Shown here: positions 8,528-18,152 of the stretch, piece by piece
Layout of the letters: each line of letters begins with the position of its first letter
How positions within the stretch are numbered: position 1 is the stretch's first letter
Source of the DNA: an uncultured cyanobacterium
GTDB taxonomy: Bacteria; Cyanobacteriota; Cyanobacteriia; Cyanobacteriales; CAWCAG01
DNA: 64,000 bases
NCBI GenBank assembly: GCA_963793425.1
Contig: CAWCAG010000001.1
Coordinates: forward strand, 32,001 to 96,000
Direction: 5' to 3'
Notes under the pieces: model-generated
Told to the model about the DNA's origin: nothing
Seen by the model: the letters and a program-made list of their open reading frames with translations, nothing else
Database searches by the model: none
Made by a program: the position numbers and the translations under genes

Positions 8528-9773
8528 ACTTTTTCTGTTGTTCGCTGTACGTATTAAAAATGATCAGAAGTATCCAGAGGAAAGGATGATAAAAAGTTGA
8601 GATAATGAATAGGTGCATAGTTCCTGACAGAAATCCTGTCAGGAACCATAGTTTTCCTGGTAATTGTGACACTGTTATCCTGTACAAAGAAAGGCATAAA
8701 AACAAAGCAATCGGTAAGAAAGAAACTAATCCACCCTCAAGTATTAAAAATAAGTACCAGTTTAGTGAGCTATCTAAATTATTGCTTGATTGAGAGCCTA
8801 CCCCCTTACCAAGCAAAGGAGCTTTTGGTATATTCTTGAGACTAGCTTCCCAAGCTGCTAGTCTCGTTTGTGCGCTTCCGTCTTGCTGAAGAGTGACTTT
8901 TGTCCAGATAGGGAACGTATATTTTTTTATAATAGATTGTGTTTGGAAAATATCCAAGACAATAGTAGTAGATAGCAAAATAATTACTAACAAAGTTAAG
9001 ATTATTTTTGCTATATATTTGCGAGAAAGATTGATTGAGTAATTATGTGAGCATATTAATAATGTTGTAATTAGGAAGCCTATAGGCAAAAATACCATAG
9101 CTGCTGAAAATGTAGTCAACCAGGCAAAAACCACAAGCAAAGTTATAGAACTTTTTATTAGGTTAGAGATAGTAACAGTAAATTTACAAATACTCTTCCC
9201 TTTCCATAAAGTCCACAAAGCAATAGGAGTAAGTGTGTTCAGGTAAAATGCTAATATAGTTGGCTCATGTGCTAAACCATAGCTTCTAGAAAATTGACCT
9301 AAATAAGTTGCTCTAGCTACATTTTCTCTAGGTATAAGTGTTTGAATATCAAAGTTAGTCAAAAGCTCTATCAGAAACTCAGATGCTGTAAAAAAGCTAA
9401 TGAAAATTACAGCAATTGTATTAATTTTAAGTAGAGCATAATAGCTAGCATTTTTATAAGCAATACCTTTTAATACTAAATATCCTAAAATCAATACACA
9501 GAAGTAGGCTAATATGTAACTTAGCGTCTTTTCATTCCAATTGGCAATTCCTGACAAACATACTCCTATGAAGCAGGCAATAACAAACAAATCCTCTGTC
9601 TTGTATATATGATGAGAGATTTTTCGCTTACCAACAATAGACGCGAAATATATTCCTATTATAACCAATAGTATTAAAATACTTATAGGTAGATTAGGAG
9701 CTAAAGAATAGGCATCTGTCCAGCTTACAAAGAAAATATAGCTGCAAATTAATGTTTGCAAAATTGACTTCAT
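8496..9773 (-). CDS. Wzy polymerase / O-antigen ligase family membrane protein
   Basis: About 10-11 hydrophobic segments; S...R...W.......PLLGKG.G and EGG motifs; polysaccharide cluster context. Confidence 0.75.
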   Translation of the reverse strand: MKSILQTLICSYIFFVSWTDAYSLAPNLPISILILLVIIGIYFASIVGKRKISHHIYKTEDLFVIACFIGVCLSGIANWNEKTLSYILAYFCVLILGYLVLKGIAYKNASYYALLKINTIAVIFISFFTASEFLIELLTNFDIQTLIPRENVARATYLGQFSRSYGLAHEPTILAFYLNTLTPIALWTLWKGKSICKFTVTISNLIKSSITLLVVFAWLTTFSAAMVFLPIGFLITTLLICSHNYSINLSRKYIAKIILTLLVIILLSTTIVLDIFQTQSIIKKYTFPIWTKVTLQQDGSAQTRLAAWEASLKNIPKAPLLGKGVGSQSSNNLDSSLNWYLFLILEGGLVSFLPIALFLCLSLYRITVSQLPGKLWFLTGFLSGTMHLFIISTFYHPFLWILLIIFNTYSEQQKKYVQKAITSSY

Positions 9774-10612
9774 TTTTTATCTCTAAAGTTTTTATCTAGA
9801 GTTAAAGTAGTGCGCCCCTGCTTTAGCTTAACTCTTTCATACAAATGAAAGGTATCCAAAATTGTTTTTGTAATATCTCTAATTAATCTGTAGACAATAC
9901 CTAAAACTATGCGTGGAAGAGTATATTTATTTTTTTGAAGAACTCTAAATATTTCTACAACAGGTGCAATTTTCATAGAACTAGTAATACCCACCTTTCT
10001 GAAATGAGTTATTATTTCATTGATATAAACAGTTTTCACACTTTCTGAATGGTAAGCTTGCAACATAAAGTCATAATCAGCAGAAGTTTCAAAGCTTGAG
10101 TCGAAAAAACCAACCTTTGAATAATATACTCTTCTTCGTACAAAACAAGTAGGATGACTAAATGGTGCTTTTTCTACAAAAGAAAATCGGCTTTTTCTAA
10201 AGCCACAAATACTTTCTACTGCACCTTTATAATCACAATTTGCCATTGCACCGTGTACAATATCTAAGTTCTCATCATTGAGAAAAAGCTTAATAGCTTT
10301 CTCTACAGCAGAATGACTGTACCAATCATCACTGTTTAAAATACCAATAATCTTGCCACTTGCCGTTTTAATTCCTTTATTCATAGCATCGTAAATACCT
10401 TCGTCTGGTTCAGATATAAAACGAATTTTTTGAGGGGATTTAGATTCGTATTTTTTAATAATAGATAATGTATTATCTGTAGACTTACCATCTACGAAAA
10501 TATACTCAATATTTGTGTAAGTCTGATTCAAAACTGATTCTATTGCTTCTTTAAGATATTTTTCGCTATTGAGACAAACAGTAATCACTGACACTAATGG
10601 TTGTTCTTTCAT
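9770..10612 (-). CDS. Glycosyltransferase family 2
   Basis: VSVIT..LN, VDGKSTD, GIYDAMNKG and LNSDD motifs. Confidence 0.92.
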   Translation of the reverse strand: MKEQPLVSVITVCLNSEKYLKEAIESVLNQTYTNIEYIFVDGKSTDNTLSIIKKYESKSPQKIRFISEPDEGIYDAMNKGIKTASGKIIGILNSDDWYSHSAVEKAIKLFLNDENLDIVHGAMANCDYKGAVESICGFRKSRFSFVEKAPFSHPTCFVRRRVYYSKVGFFDSSFETSADYDFMLQAYHSESVKTVYINEIITHFRKVGITSSMKIAPVVEIFRVLQKNKYTLPRIVLGIVYRLIRDITKTILDTFHLYERVKLKQGRTTLTLDKNFRDKK

Positions 10613-10622
10613 ATCGATACTC

Positions 10623-11540
10623 TTATTTAACTCGCTCTAACCAAAAGCATCCAGGCCATCCGTCATCTCGATTACTCAAACCAACTAGAGATTCTTCCAT
10701 CAATTTAGGGTATTTTCTGTACATATAATTACCAGCAAATAGAACTCTAAAGCTGTTGTTGTAAGTTAGAAACATCTGAAGTAAATATTGTTCATTCCAA
10801 AATTTCTTTCCCTTGATTAGCCACTCTTTAGGATATTCGTATGGGAAACAGATGTCATGTATATGTACTATTGTTCCTACTGGCACTCTTGATAGTAATT
10901 TGAGGTAAATAAAATGCACATCATTACCACATTTAGCAACATGAGATGAATCAATAAATAATATATCTCCACTACTTATATGCTCAAGAAGTTTATCACC
11001 TAACTTCTCTGCTTTCATTTGAAGAAGTTCTACATTGTTACTTTGTTTAACAAGTTCGAGAAGAAAGGCATTGGGATATGGCTCAATTGAACTTACTTTT
11101 CCATAATGCCCTTCTTCTTCGTTCCTCTTTAAGGCAGTTGACGAAACTTTAGTAGAAGAACCTGCTCCTATTTCCACTATTCGCTTCGGTTTATATTCTC
11201 TAAGCATACCGTACAAAACTGAGCCATCGCCATTTGACTCATAACCGGAGTGAGTGTAAAGACTAGAATACTCTTCTACATACCTAGTTATTTCACCCAA
11301 CAAATTAAGCATAGCTTGATCATCAAAATTAATCCCTTCCAAAGGAAATATTTCACTGAAGTCATAGCTTTTCAAATCTGCTGTATCTGGGATAGGCCAA
11401 TAGAAATGATTGGGAGAAATGTGGACTCCTAATTTTTCCCACAAAGTCCAAGTTTTTATACAAAATTTCCTAATCCCTTTTTCTGTCAAAGTATTTAAGT
11501 TTATCATTTTGTAGCTTTTACCTCCTGATAACTTCTTCAA
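10623..11540 (-). CDS. Class I SAM-dependent methyltransferase (Methyltransf_24-like)
   Basis: VEIGAGSST, LFIDSSH, HIHDI and WNEQY motifs. Start could be ATG at 11507. Confidence 0.85.
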   Translation of the reverse strand: MKKLSGGKSYKMINLNTLTEKGIRKFCIKTWTLWEKLGVHISPNHFYWPIPDTADLKSYDFSEIFPLEGINFDDQAMLNLLGEITRYVEEYSSLYTHSGYESNGDGSVLYGMLREYKPKRIVEIGAGSSTKVSSTALKRNEEEGHYGKVSSIEPYPNAFLLELVKQSNNVELLQMKAEKLGDKLLEHISSGDILFIDSSHVAKCGNDVHFIYLKLLSRVPVGTIVHIHDICFPYEYPKEWLIKGKKFWNEQYLLQMFLTYNNSFRVLFAGNYMYRKYPKLMEESLVGLSNRDDGWPGCFWLERVK

Positions 11541-11552
11541 TAAATATCATAA

Positions 11553-12296
11553 TCACTCTTTTACAAAAATACTGTCTTCCTGTAATATTCGACCACTTTT
11601 ACGACTACGTAAATCTTCAAGTGAGCCTGCGTAAGTAAAGCCCCAATTTACCAGTTGCTTATATATATCGTTGAATAGCGGCTGAGATTTGTATAATTCC
11701 TCAAATGAAGTTTCTAAGATAATAACTTTGGCTCTTTTGATAGTCTTTTCACCACCTCGCAAAACTTTATCTTCATAACCTTGAACATCTACTTTAATCA
11801 AAAGAGAATCGATAATAGTGAGCTTATCAGCAATAGTATCCAGCCTTTCAACCGTTATACTGATAGGTTTGCTGTTGCTAGTTTTGGGAAATTCTGTCTT
11901 GTGCAAGTTAGTCATCTCTAGTAGAGATGAAGATGGTGTAAAGTCATTCCATTCAATTATTGAATCTCTGCACTCATCTCCTAGTGCTATATTGAACCCT
12001 GTGAAGTTTTTCACGTTTGCCATTCTTCTCTGTAACTTCTCAAAGCATTTTGGCAAAGGTTCAAATGAGTAAATTTGTGCTTGTGGAAAAATAGCATTGA
12101 TGGTAACCGCAGATATACCAGCATGAGCGCCTATGTCAATTACAGTTCTAATGTTAAGTGATTTAAGCCAGGGCTGATCGAGTGAGATGAATTTGTTAAT
12201 CGAACCTCCCTTGCGTTTCAACAGTAAAAGCTTTGGGTTTTCAATTATATGAGTTACTATTTGGATTCGATAAGCTATTTTTGAGAGTAAAGCCAT
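11553..12296 (-). CDS. FkbM family methyltransferase
   Basis: IDIGAHAG, SFEP and IKVDVQGYE motifs. Confidence 0.9.
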   Translation of the reverse strand: MALLSKIAYRIQIVTHIIENPKLLLLKRKGGSINKFISLDQPWLKSLNIRTVIDIGAHAGISAVTINAIFPQAQIYSFEPLPKCFEKLQRRMANVKNFTGFNIALGDECRDSIIEWNDFTPSSSLLEMTNLHKTEFPKTSNSKPISITVERLDTIADKLTIIDSLLIKVDVQGYEDKVLRGGEKTIKRAKVIILETSFEELYKSQPLFNDIYKQLVNWGFTYAGSLEDLRSRKSGRILQEDSIFVKE

Positions 12297-12305
12297 GTAT
12301 TGTTC

Positions 12306-13248
12306 TTATGTTAGTTTCTGTTTTGTGGCTATAAAATTATAAATTTTCTTACCAAAGTTGTTACGGTAATCTTTGATTTTGACTAAAAGGTTTGCTTTAT
12401 CAAAATAGTATAGCAGTTCTCAATCACATGAGGTACACTAGCATTTTCTAATGCTCCCTACTCCCTCAAACCAAGGTCTTTTGTACCTAACTAGTACGAG
12501 AATTGCTATATAAGTTTATTCCCAAGTTCATTAGTTCTTCTAGCAAATCTTTAACTGAATAAGCAAAGCCAATTGTATTTAGGTCAGAAGCTTCAAAGAT
12601 AATTAATAATTTTTCATTAGAAAATAAAACATTTTTTAGTCCTTCAAAAACAAGTTTCTCTGCACCCTCTACATCTATCTTTATGCAATCTACTTTATTT
12701 ACCTTATAATCTTCTGCAAACTTATCTATGCTAACTGTTGGGACAGAACACCATTCCTCTATCTGTTGCAACGGATGATTGTTTTTAGCCATAGAGTTCA
12801 TAGCACCATCTTCAGAAATTGCAAACTTAGCCGTACCATTTTTGTTACTGACAGCAGACTCTATAACTGTTACATTAGTCAGATGATTAATCGCAATATT
12901 ATGGTGAAGTAATTTCAATTCTCGTTGTCCTGGTTCAAAAGCGTAGACATGACCAGTTATTCCTACTTGCTTTGCTGCTATAACTGTAAAAAAACCAGCA
13001 TTAGCACCTACATCAAGAAAAATATCGCCAGGCTTTAACAAATTTAGCAAAAACTTAGCTTCAACAGTTTCAAAGCCTCCACAGAATAAGGCACAGCCAA
13101 TAGCAGTTTTCAGTGGATAGTCAAAGCGAGAGCCATCAATCAAAGAGAAAGTGCTAACTTCATCTACTGGCAAAATACATCTTGCCTTAAATACATATAA
13201 CAAAAAGCGACGGCGAACCCTAGACAATAAATTACTAATAGTCAACAT
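12306..13248 (-). pseudogene. FkbM family methyltransferase interrupted near its 3' end by a MITE
   Basis: LDVGANAG, AFEP and IKIDVEGAE motifs. The ORF now stops at 12487 inside the MITE. Removing the MITE restores ...INLYYFDKANLLVKIKDYRNNFGKKIYNFIATKQKLT* ending at 12306. Confidence 0.88.
12411..12508. mobile_element. 98-bp MITE with TA target duplication (IS630/Tc1-like)
   Basis: Imperfect 27-bp terminal inverted repeats TAGCAGTTCTCAATCACATGAGGTACA / TAGCAATTCTCGTACTAGTTAGGTACA; TA at 12409-10 and 12509-10. Confidence 0.88.
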
Positions 13249-14708
13249 TTTTTAGTCAAACTCTGAATTAGATCCTGGAGGTTGATTCCTCTCACTGAAT
13301 TAAACCAAGCCAAAACAATAATAACTTGCACTACAAGGATCAATACTCTATAGACCAGTGAATCAGGAGAAATTATACTGATAAATGTAATCAATAAAAA
13401 CCAAGCTACTGGTACTTTCAGCCAATGTAACCATAATTTGGTACGAATGGTCAATTTTTTCATCGCAAAAAATGTTAGTAACCAGACGAACAAGTAACCA
13501 GCATTTCCTACAGTTGCTCCTAACAAACCAAAATTATATGAACCAATAGTTATAAAAATAAGCGATATGCTTCCACTAATAAACTGAATGGCCGTGAAAC
13601 TTCTTGCAAAGCCTAAACCAAGAAGAATGTAGTAACCAACTGCGTTAAGAGAATAAAATGAATAAATTACTGTGGCAAAGTAAAATGCTAGTGTGTATGC
13701 AGCAGTATACTTGCCCGGAATCATAACTTCTACTACTTGAGGCGCAAGTGCCATAAGTATTGCACCTGTTCCCAAAGCAAATACACAATTTATCTCTAAT
13801 GATTGTTTCACTTGCCTTTGCAGGACTAGCTTATCGAATTTCCCTTGAGCAGTCTGCTTGCTTATTGCTGGAAGTAAGGGTTGAATAGCCAAAGCAGAGA
13901 GTGAATTAATTTGTACTGTTATATTAGTAATCGCTGCATAAACTCCTAACAAGGTAGTTCCTAATGAAGCTCCAACCAATATCCGATCAACTCTGCTGAA
14001 GAGTGCGCCCCCTAGTGAGCCTAACCAGGTTGTCAAGCTATATTTAGCAATAGTTAATCCTTTATTTCTATCCCAAGTTGGGCGTATTTTCATACCTCTA
14101 AAAAGCAACCAGACAACCAAACAATGGGCAATTAAAATTCCTATGCTTGTTACTGCGTGCCACTGCATTAGCTCTTCTGTTTTTCCACCAAGCCAAGCAA
14201 CCACTAACATACCGAAGTTAATAAAAACTATCTGGATTGTATTAATAATATTGATTAATGCGTACTTTTGATAAGCCTGTTCAACTCCAATAAAAACTCT
14301 TTGGAGTAATTGTGTCCAGACTACTACTGCACCAACCTGTAGAGCTTTCACAATAGGTGAATGCTGACTTTGAGGTAGTCTAGGTAATAATTCTACTAGC
14401 TCCGGAGCAATAATCAATAAGCAAATAGCTGCTGAGGTTGCCAACAGTAACATAGTGCCTAATGCTACTGTTAGCGTCTGAGAGATACCATCAACATCCT
14501 TATTAGCTAAATCCCTAGATAAAAAGACAGTGGTAGATACAGAAAGACCAGCTTCTGCTAAACCGACAATTCCAACCATAGTTGAAGCCAGCGTCCATAC
14601 ACCATATTCTTCAATACCAATGAGGCGTATAAGTAGCGGAATAGTCAGTGTAGACAATCCTATACGAATTACTGCACCTAAAACATTATAAAGCCCATTT
14701 TTTAGCAC
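13242..14708 (-). CDS. wzx: Oligosaccharide flippase (Wzx family)
   Basis: About 12-14 TM segments; P.LIRLIG.EEYG and DRILVG...G...LGVY motifs. Confidence 0.85.
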   Translation of the reverse strand: MLKNGLYNVLGAVIRIGLSTLTIPLLIRLIGIEEYGVWTLASTMVGIVGLAEAGLSVSTTVFLSRDLANKDVDGISQTLTVALGTMLLLATSAAICLLIIAPELVELLPRLPQSQHSPIVKALQVGAVVVWTQLLQRVFIGVEQAYQKYALINIINTIQIVFINFGMLVVAWLGGKTEELMQWHAVTSIGILIAHCLVVWLLFRGMKIRPTWDRNKGLTIAKYSLTTWLGSLGGALFSRVDRILVGASLGTTLLGVYAAITNITVQINSLSALAIQPLLPAISKQTAQGKFDKLVLQRQVKQSLEINCVFALGTGAILMALAPQVVEVMIPGKYTAAYTLAFYFATVIYSFYSLNAVGYYILLGLGFARSFTAIQFISGSISLIFITIGSYNFGLLGATVGNAGYLFVWLLTFFAMKKLTIRTKLWLHWLKVPVAWFLLITFISIISPDSLVYRVLILVVQVIIVLAWFNSVRGINLQDLIQSLTKKC

Positions 14709-14809
14709 TTATACGTTTTCATAACTCCTAGTAAGCTTTTCTGGTATTGACACTTGATCAAGGATTATTTGAAGGGTTATGATTCTAATTTCATAAGTTG
14801 CTATCATAA

Positions 14810-15541
14810 CTACTTTGGCAATTCTCCAAAAACTTCCCGATAACGCTCCAACTCAGCCTCCAACTCTAAAACCCTTCGCCGCTCCCCCTCCGCAATCGTA
14901 GGAAGCCAACTTCCCTCCCCATCAAACCAACGCAACCAAAGCCGCTCAATGCCATCATACCTCCCCTGCCATAATCCCAACCCTAACTCTAGACTAGGAA
15001 TCCAGAAACGAGACTCAGAAAGCTCAATAGAAATGTAACGGTCAGCTTGAAGAGTAAAAACTTGCAACTCATCGTTGTAGCGGTCAAAAACAACATAATA
15101 AGGAACACGCAAAACCTGTTCATAAACCTCCCACTTCGTAGATGGTTGATTAACCTCCCGCAAAGTTTGCCCCAAATCCTCCTTCTCCGTCCCTGGTGAC
15201 AGCAACTCCACCACAATAAAGGGATTAACCCCTTCTTGCCAAACCACATAACTCAACCGCAAGTCTCGCTCTTCATATAACCGGGAAACCCCCAACACAG
15301 CAAACCAATCCGGACGCTTATACCATTGGCTATGGCGGGGGTCATAGTAAAGATTGAGGTCAGTCCCTGTAAAAATCTGGTCAGGAGAATAACCCACCGG
15401 GCGAAAAGTCTCCCGTAAAAGCTGGGGTTGCAAGTTGTGAAATTCGTCCGGCAAACCAGGCTCTTCTGGATCTTCGCTCTTGAGATCATACATTGTCGGT
15501 AAAACTTCTTTTGGGGGTTTGGGAGGGTTGGTTTGGTACAT
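14810..15541 (-). CDS. Uma2 family endonuclease
   Basis: LPTMYDL.SE...GLPDEFH, RPDWF, VELLSP and VPYY motifs. ATG at 15541 preferred. Confidence 0.9.
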   Translation of the reverse strand: MYQTNPPKPPKEVLPTMYDLKSEDPEEPGLPDEFHNLQPQLLRETFRPVGYSPDQIFTGTDLNLYYDPRHSQWYKRPDWFAVLGVSRLYEERDLRLSYVVWQEGVNPFIVVELLSPGTEKEDLGQTLREVNQPSTKWEVYEQVLRVPYYVVFDRYNDELQVFTLQADRYISIELSESRFWIPSLELGLGLWQGRYDGIERLWLRWFDGEGSWLPTIAEGERRRVLELEAELERYREVFGELPK

Positions 15542-15603
15542 TGTTATAGCGAGTAGTAGTCTGTCAATTTCCAATTGACGGTTAAAGGGTAAGGGGGAAA
15601 GCG

Positions 15604-15644
15604 CCGAGACCCCGCGTCGGCGTAAGACGCAAGGGAATGCTCGG
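15604..15644. repeat. GC-rich palindromic element within heptamer-like repeats
   Basis: CCGAG..CCC.GCGTC-ggcgtaa-GACGC..GGG..CTCGG, flanked by ggttaaa/gggtaag units. Confidence 0.5.
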
Positions 15645-15736
15645 TAAGACAGGGTAAGGGTAGTACACTTGATACTTAAGTTATACCCAAATTCAAGGTA
15701 ACTTCCATAAGCTGCTCCTAGTTTTTACTGAAGATA

Positions 15737-16186
15737 TTACATAGATTTTAAATCAGGCAGAAAACTTCTCTCCAAAATCTCCCCTAACTCAAAAGGACAA
15801 GACAAGGGAAACACTTCCTCAGAAAGACCAGTTTCTCTAGAAGCATCCCGCACCGCCTTCGGGTAAACCATCTCCAGCCCTGCCTCTAACTTCCCCCGCA
15901 AACTAGGACTATCCAACAACAACGCTTCAATTTCATCCCTCTGATGCTCAATTGTTACCAACCAACTCTTGCTTTGCTTTTCCGGTTGGTATTGCCATTT
16001 GAGGAGGTGCATCACTAAAACTTGTAAGCGGCTACGCAGTTGACGCAGATCAAGCTTCCCCATACTTTCTAATTCTTCAGCAATATGCTCACCATCAATT
16101 TCTGTCAGACGACCATCTCGTAACAACTCCACATTTTTATTCAGCCAAGCATGGAAATCTAGATCGTATTCAGCCTGTAAATCCAT
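15737..16186 (-). CDS. DUF29 family protein
   Basis: YDLDFHAW, EELESMG, HLLKWQYQ, DSPSL and FPLSCPF motifs. Confidence 0.92.
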   Translation of the reverse strand: MDLQAEYDLDFHAWLNKNVELLRDGRLTEIDGEHIAEELESMGKLDLRQLRSRLQVLVMHLLKWQYQPEKQSKSWLVTIEHQRDEIEALLLDSPSLRGKLEAGLEMVYPKAVRDASRETGLSEEVFPLSCPFELGEILERSFLPDLKSM

Positions 16187-16221
16187 CGTCCCTCATGCTC
16201 CTATCTCAAACTAGAAACCAT

Positions 16222-16932
16222 TTATCCATTACTAGGTAAATTATTGGGATCTATACCTAAAGTACGCAAATATTCTGCTAACTGTTCCGCTCTTTGTTTT
16301 TCCTGAAGGGCAACTTCTTCTGGCAGCAAGTAGCGATCGCCAAATTCATCATACCAAGATAGAAACTCCTGTTCAATTCCACCAATAACCCCTTGATGTC
16401 TGCCTATTCCCAAACCAACTTCCGCCAGCCATAAAGGTTCGCCTATTTGTAGCTGATAATTACCCTCGACCAATTTATAAACTTCCAGAGGTTGATGTTG
16501 ATCCCGTTGCCAATATTCGGGGTTATAAATGATGTAATAAAGTACCCCTAATTTTTGATAAATTGCTAACTTTTCCTCATATTCGTTCCCTGGAGTGTAG
16601 GATACTATCTCTAACGTCAGAATTGGTACTACTTCCTTCTCTTCCCAAACAACATAGCTTCTGCGGGATTTGCCACCTTTTTTACGTTCTACCCCCAAGC
16701 TAAGAAATCCATCTGGGACTATAGGCACTCTAGGATTAAGACCTGTTGTATGGTAAATTCCCATATCTACACCGAAAAACCAATCAGTACGGTTAGTCCA
16801 GATTGAGTTCAGCAAAAATAGGAGAATATTAGGCAGAAAATTCTGGTCTTCATTGTCCACTGGTATATCATCCGAACAAGCTAATTCCTCGCTACTGGGT
16901 AAATCTATAAGCTTAAGTTGATCTAAGGACAT
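16222..16932 (-). CDS. Uma2 family endonuclease
   Basis: SDDIPVDNEDQ, VPDGFLS, LEIVS and K...Y..LGVLYY motifs. Confidence 0.9.
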   Translation of the reverse strand: MSLDQLKLIDLPSSEELACSDDIPVDNEDQNFLPNILLFLLNSIWTNRTDWFFGVDMGIYHTTGLNPRVPIVPDGFLSLGVERKKGGKSRRSYVVWEEKEVVPILTLEIVSYTPGNEYEEKLAIYQKLGVLYYIIYNPEYWQRDQHQPLEVYKLVEGNYQLQIGEPLWLAEVGLGIGRHQGVIGGIEQEFLSWYDEFGDRYLLPEEVALQEKQRAEQLAEYLRTLGIDPNNLPSNG

Positions 16933-17008
16933 AAGCTGTTAGGGTAAGGTGATATTTAATTGTAGCGATTGTCTTAAATGTCAAGGTAAAAATCAAAAAA
17001 TCAGCCTT

Positions 17009-17132
17009 GTAGGGTGCTGTTAGCCGAAGGCGTAACGCACCATGTTTTTTGGGATTAACTTTGGTGCGTTACGGCGCGAACTCACTGAATGGGTTTGAGG
17101 TTAAAGTTAAATGCGCCCCTAACACACCCTAC
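17009..17132. repeat. GTAG-type REP/REPIN-like element
   Basis: GTAGGGTGCTGTTAGCCGAAGGCGTAACGCACC ... GGTGCGTTACGGCGC ... GCGCCCCTAACACACCCTAC: inverted pair bounded by GTAG/CTAC. Confidence 0.75.
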
Positions 17133-17162
17133 TAAAAACCCAAGTAGGGGCAAAAGATAAGA

Positions 17163-17639
17163 TCAGCCGACAATATCACTAATAATTGCCCCTGCTAAGG
17201 GATTGTCGAAACTACTATGGCGGAATAACCAATTAATTAATTGAGGCTCTATATTAAATACTTCTGCCGAAACTTTACCTTCTAAAAATAGCAAAACTAA
17301 TTCAAGTTGTAAGGTGATTTTGTTTCCTTGGGCATCGTAGATATTTATTCTGGAAAACTCTTGGGGATATTCGTTAATATCGTCGCCAAAATCTTGGAAA
17401 TAAGCATCAACTCCTAGATTTTCAGGGACAATAGATTTTAGCTTCGTAAAGAAATCTGCAACGTTATTTTCAAACAAATTAGGCTTAAGTGTTCCTTTGA
17501 AATTATTATCATCAAAGTTCAGATCAAATAGCTCTAAATTAAATCTTTCATCAATCAACTGTTTCAGTTGCTGAGTCGTTAATGTTGAGTTTTTAGTTTC
17601 AAAGCTTTTAACTACACCAAGTCCATAATAAGTTCCCAT
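17163..17639 (-). CDS. Hypothetical protein
   Basis: 158-aa ORF with GGAGG RBS upstream of ATG at 17639; no recognisable motif. Confidence 0.7.
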   Translation of the reverse strand: MGTYYGLGVVKSFETKNSTLTTQQLKQLIDERFNLELFDLNFDDNNFKGTLKPNLFENNVADFFTKLKSIVPENLGVDAYFQDFGDDINEYPQEFSRINIYDAQGNKITLQLELVLLFLEGKVSAEVFNIEPQLINWLFRHSSFDNPLAGAIISDIVG

Positions 17640-17710
17640 TTTAGACCTCCCTAGTCGCAACTACTCTAAATGATGATATTAAATTAATGTAATCTTGAAA
17701 AAGGTTTGAT

Positions 17711-18034
17711 ATGAGTGGACATCAAAAATTCTCTAACCTAACTCAAAGTTTTTCGACCCAAAGGAAAGCAAAAATAGCGGCGAAAAAAACACAGCTATAT
17801 GAAGAAGTAGTCCTTGATGAATTGCGCCAAGCCTTAAAAATATCTCAGACAGAACTCGCAGCAAAACTAAAAGTCAAACAACCTGCTATTTCACTGTTGG
17901 AAAAGCGTACCGATATGTATGTTAGTCATTTGCGTCAAGTAATCCAAGCAATGGGAGGTGAGCTAGAAATAGTAGCACGTTTTAGGGATAGTGAGGTGAA
18001 AATTGAAAACTTCAGTGAGTTTACATCGAAATAG
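17711..18034 (+). CDS. XRE-family HTH protein (HigA-like antitoxin)
   Basis: LRQALKISQTELAAKLKVKQPAISLLEKR.D...S.L...I.AMGG.LEI.A.F. Confidence 0.85.
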   Translation: MSGHQKFSNLTQSFSTQRKAKIAAKKTQLYEEVVLDELRQALKISQTELAAKLKVKQPAISLLEKRTDMYVSHLRQVIQAMGGELEIVARFRDSEVKIENFSEFTSK

Positions 18035-18152
18035 CTTTCCATTAGAGCAAATCTACAACGCTTCTGGCTTACGACACAAAGTTTTTATAATGTGAGTATG
18101 TCTCAATTTTACTGCCTTAAGTAGCGCCATTTCTTAGATGGAAACCTTGACC

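Noticed and set aside
15676..15718. Mini-ORF MEVTLNLGIT on the - strand with a GGAG RBS
   Set aside because: Ten codons is too short to support. At most it is a gene remnant.
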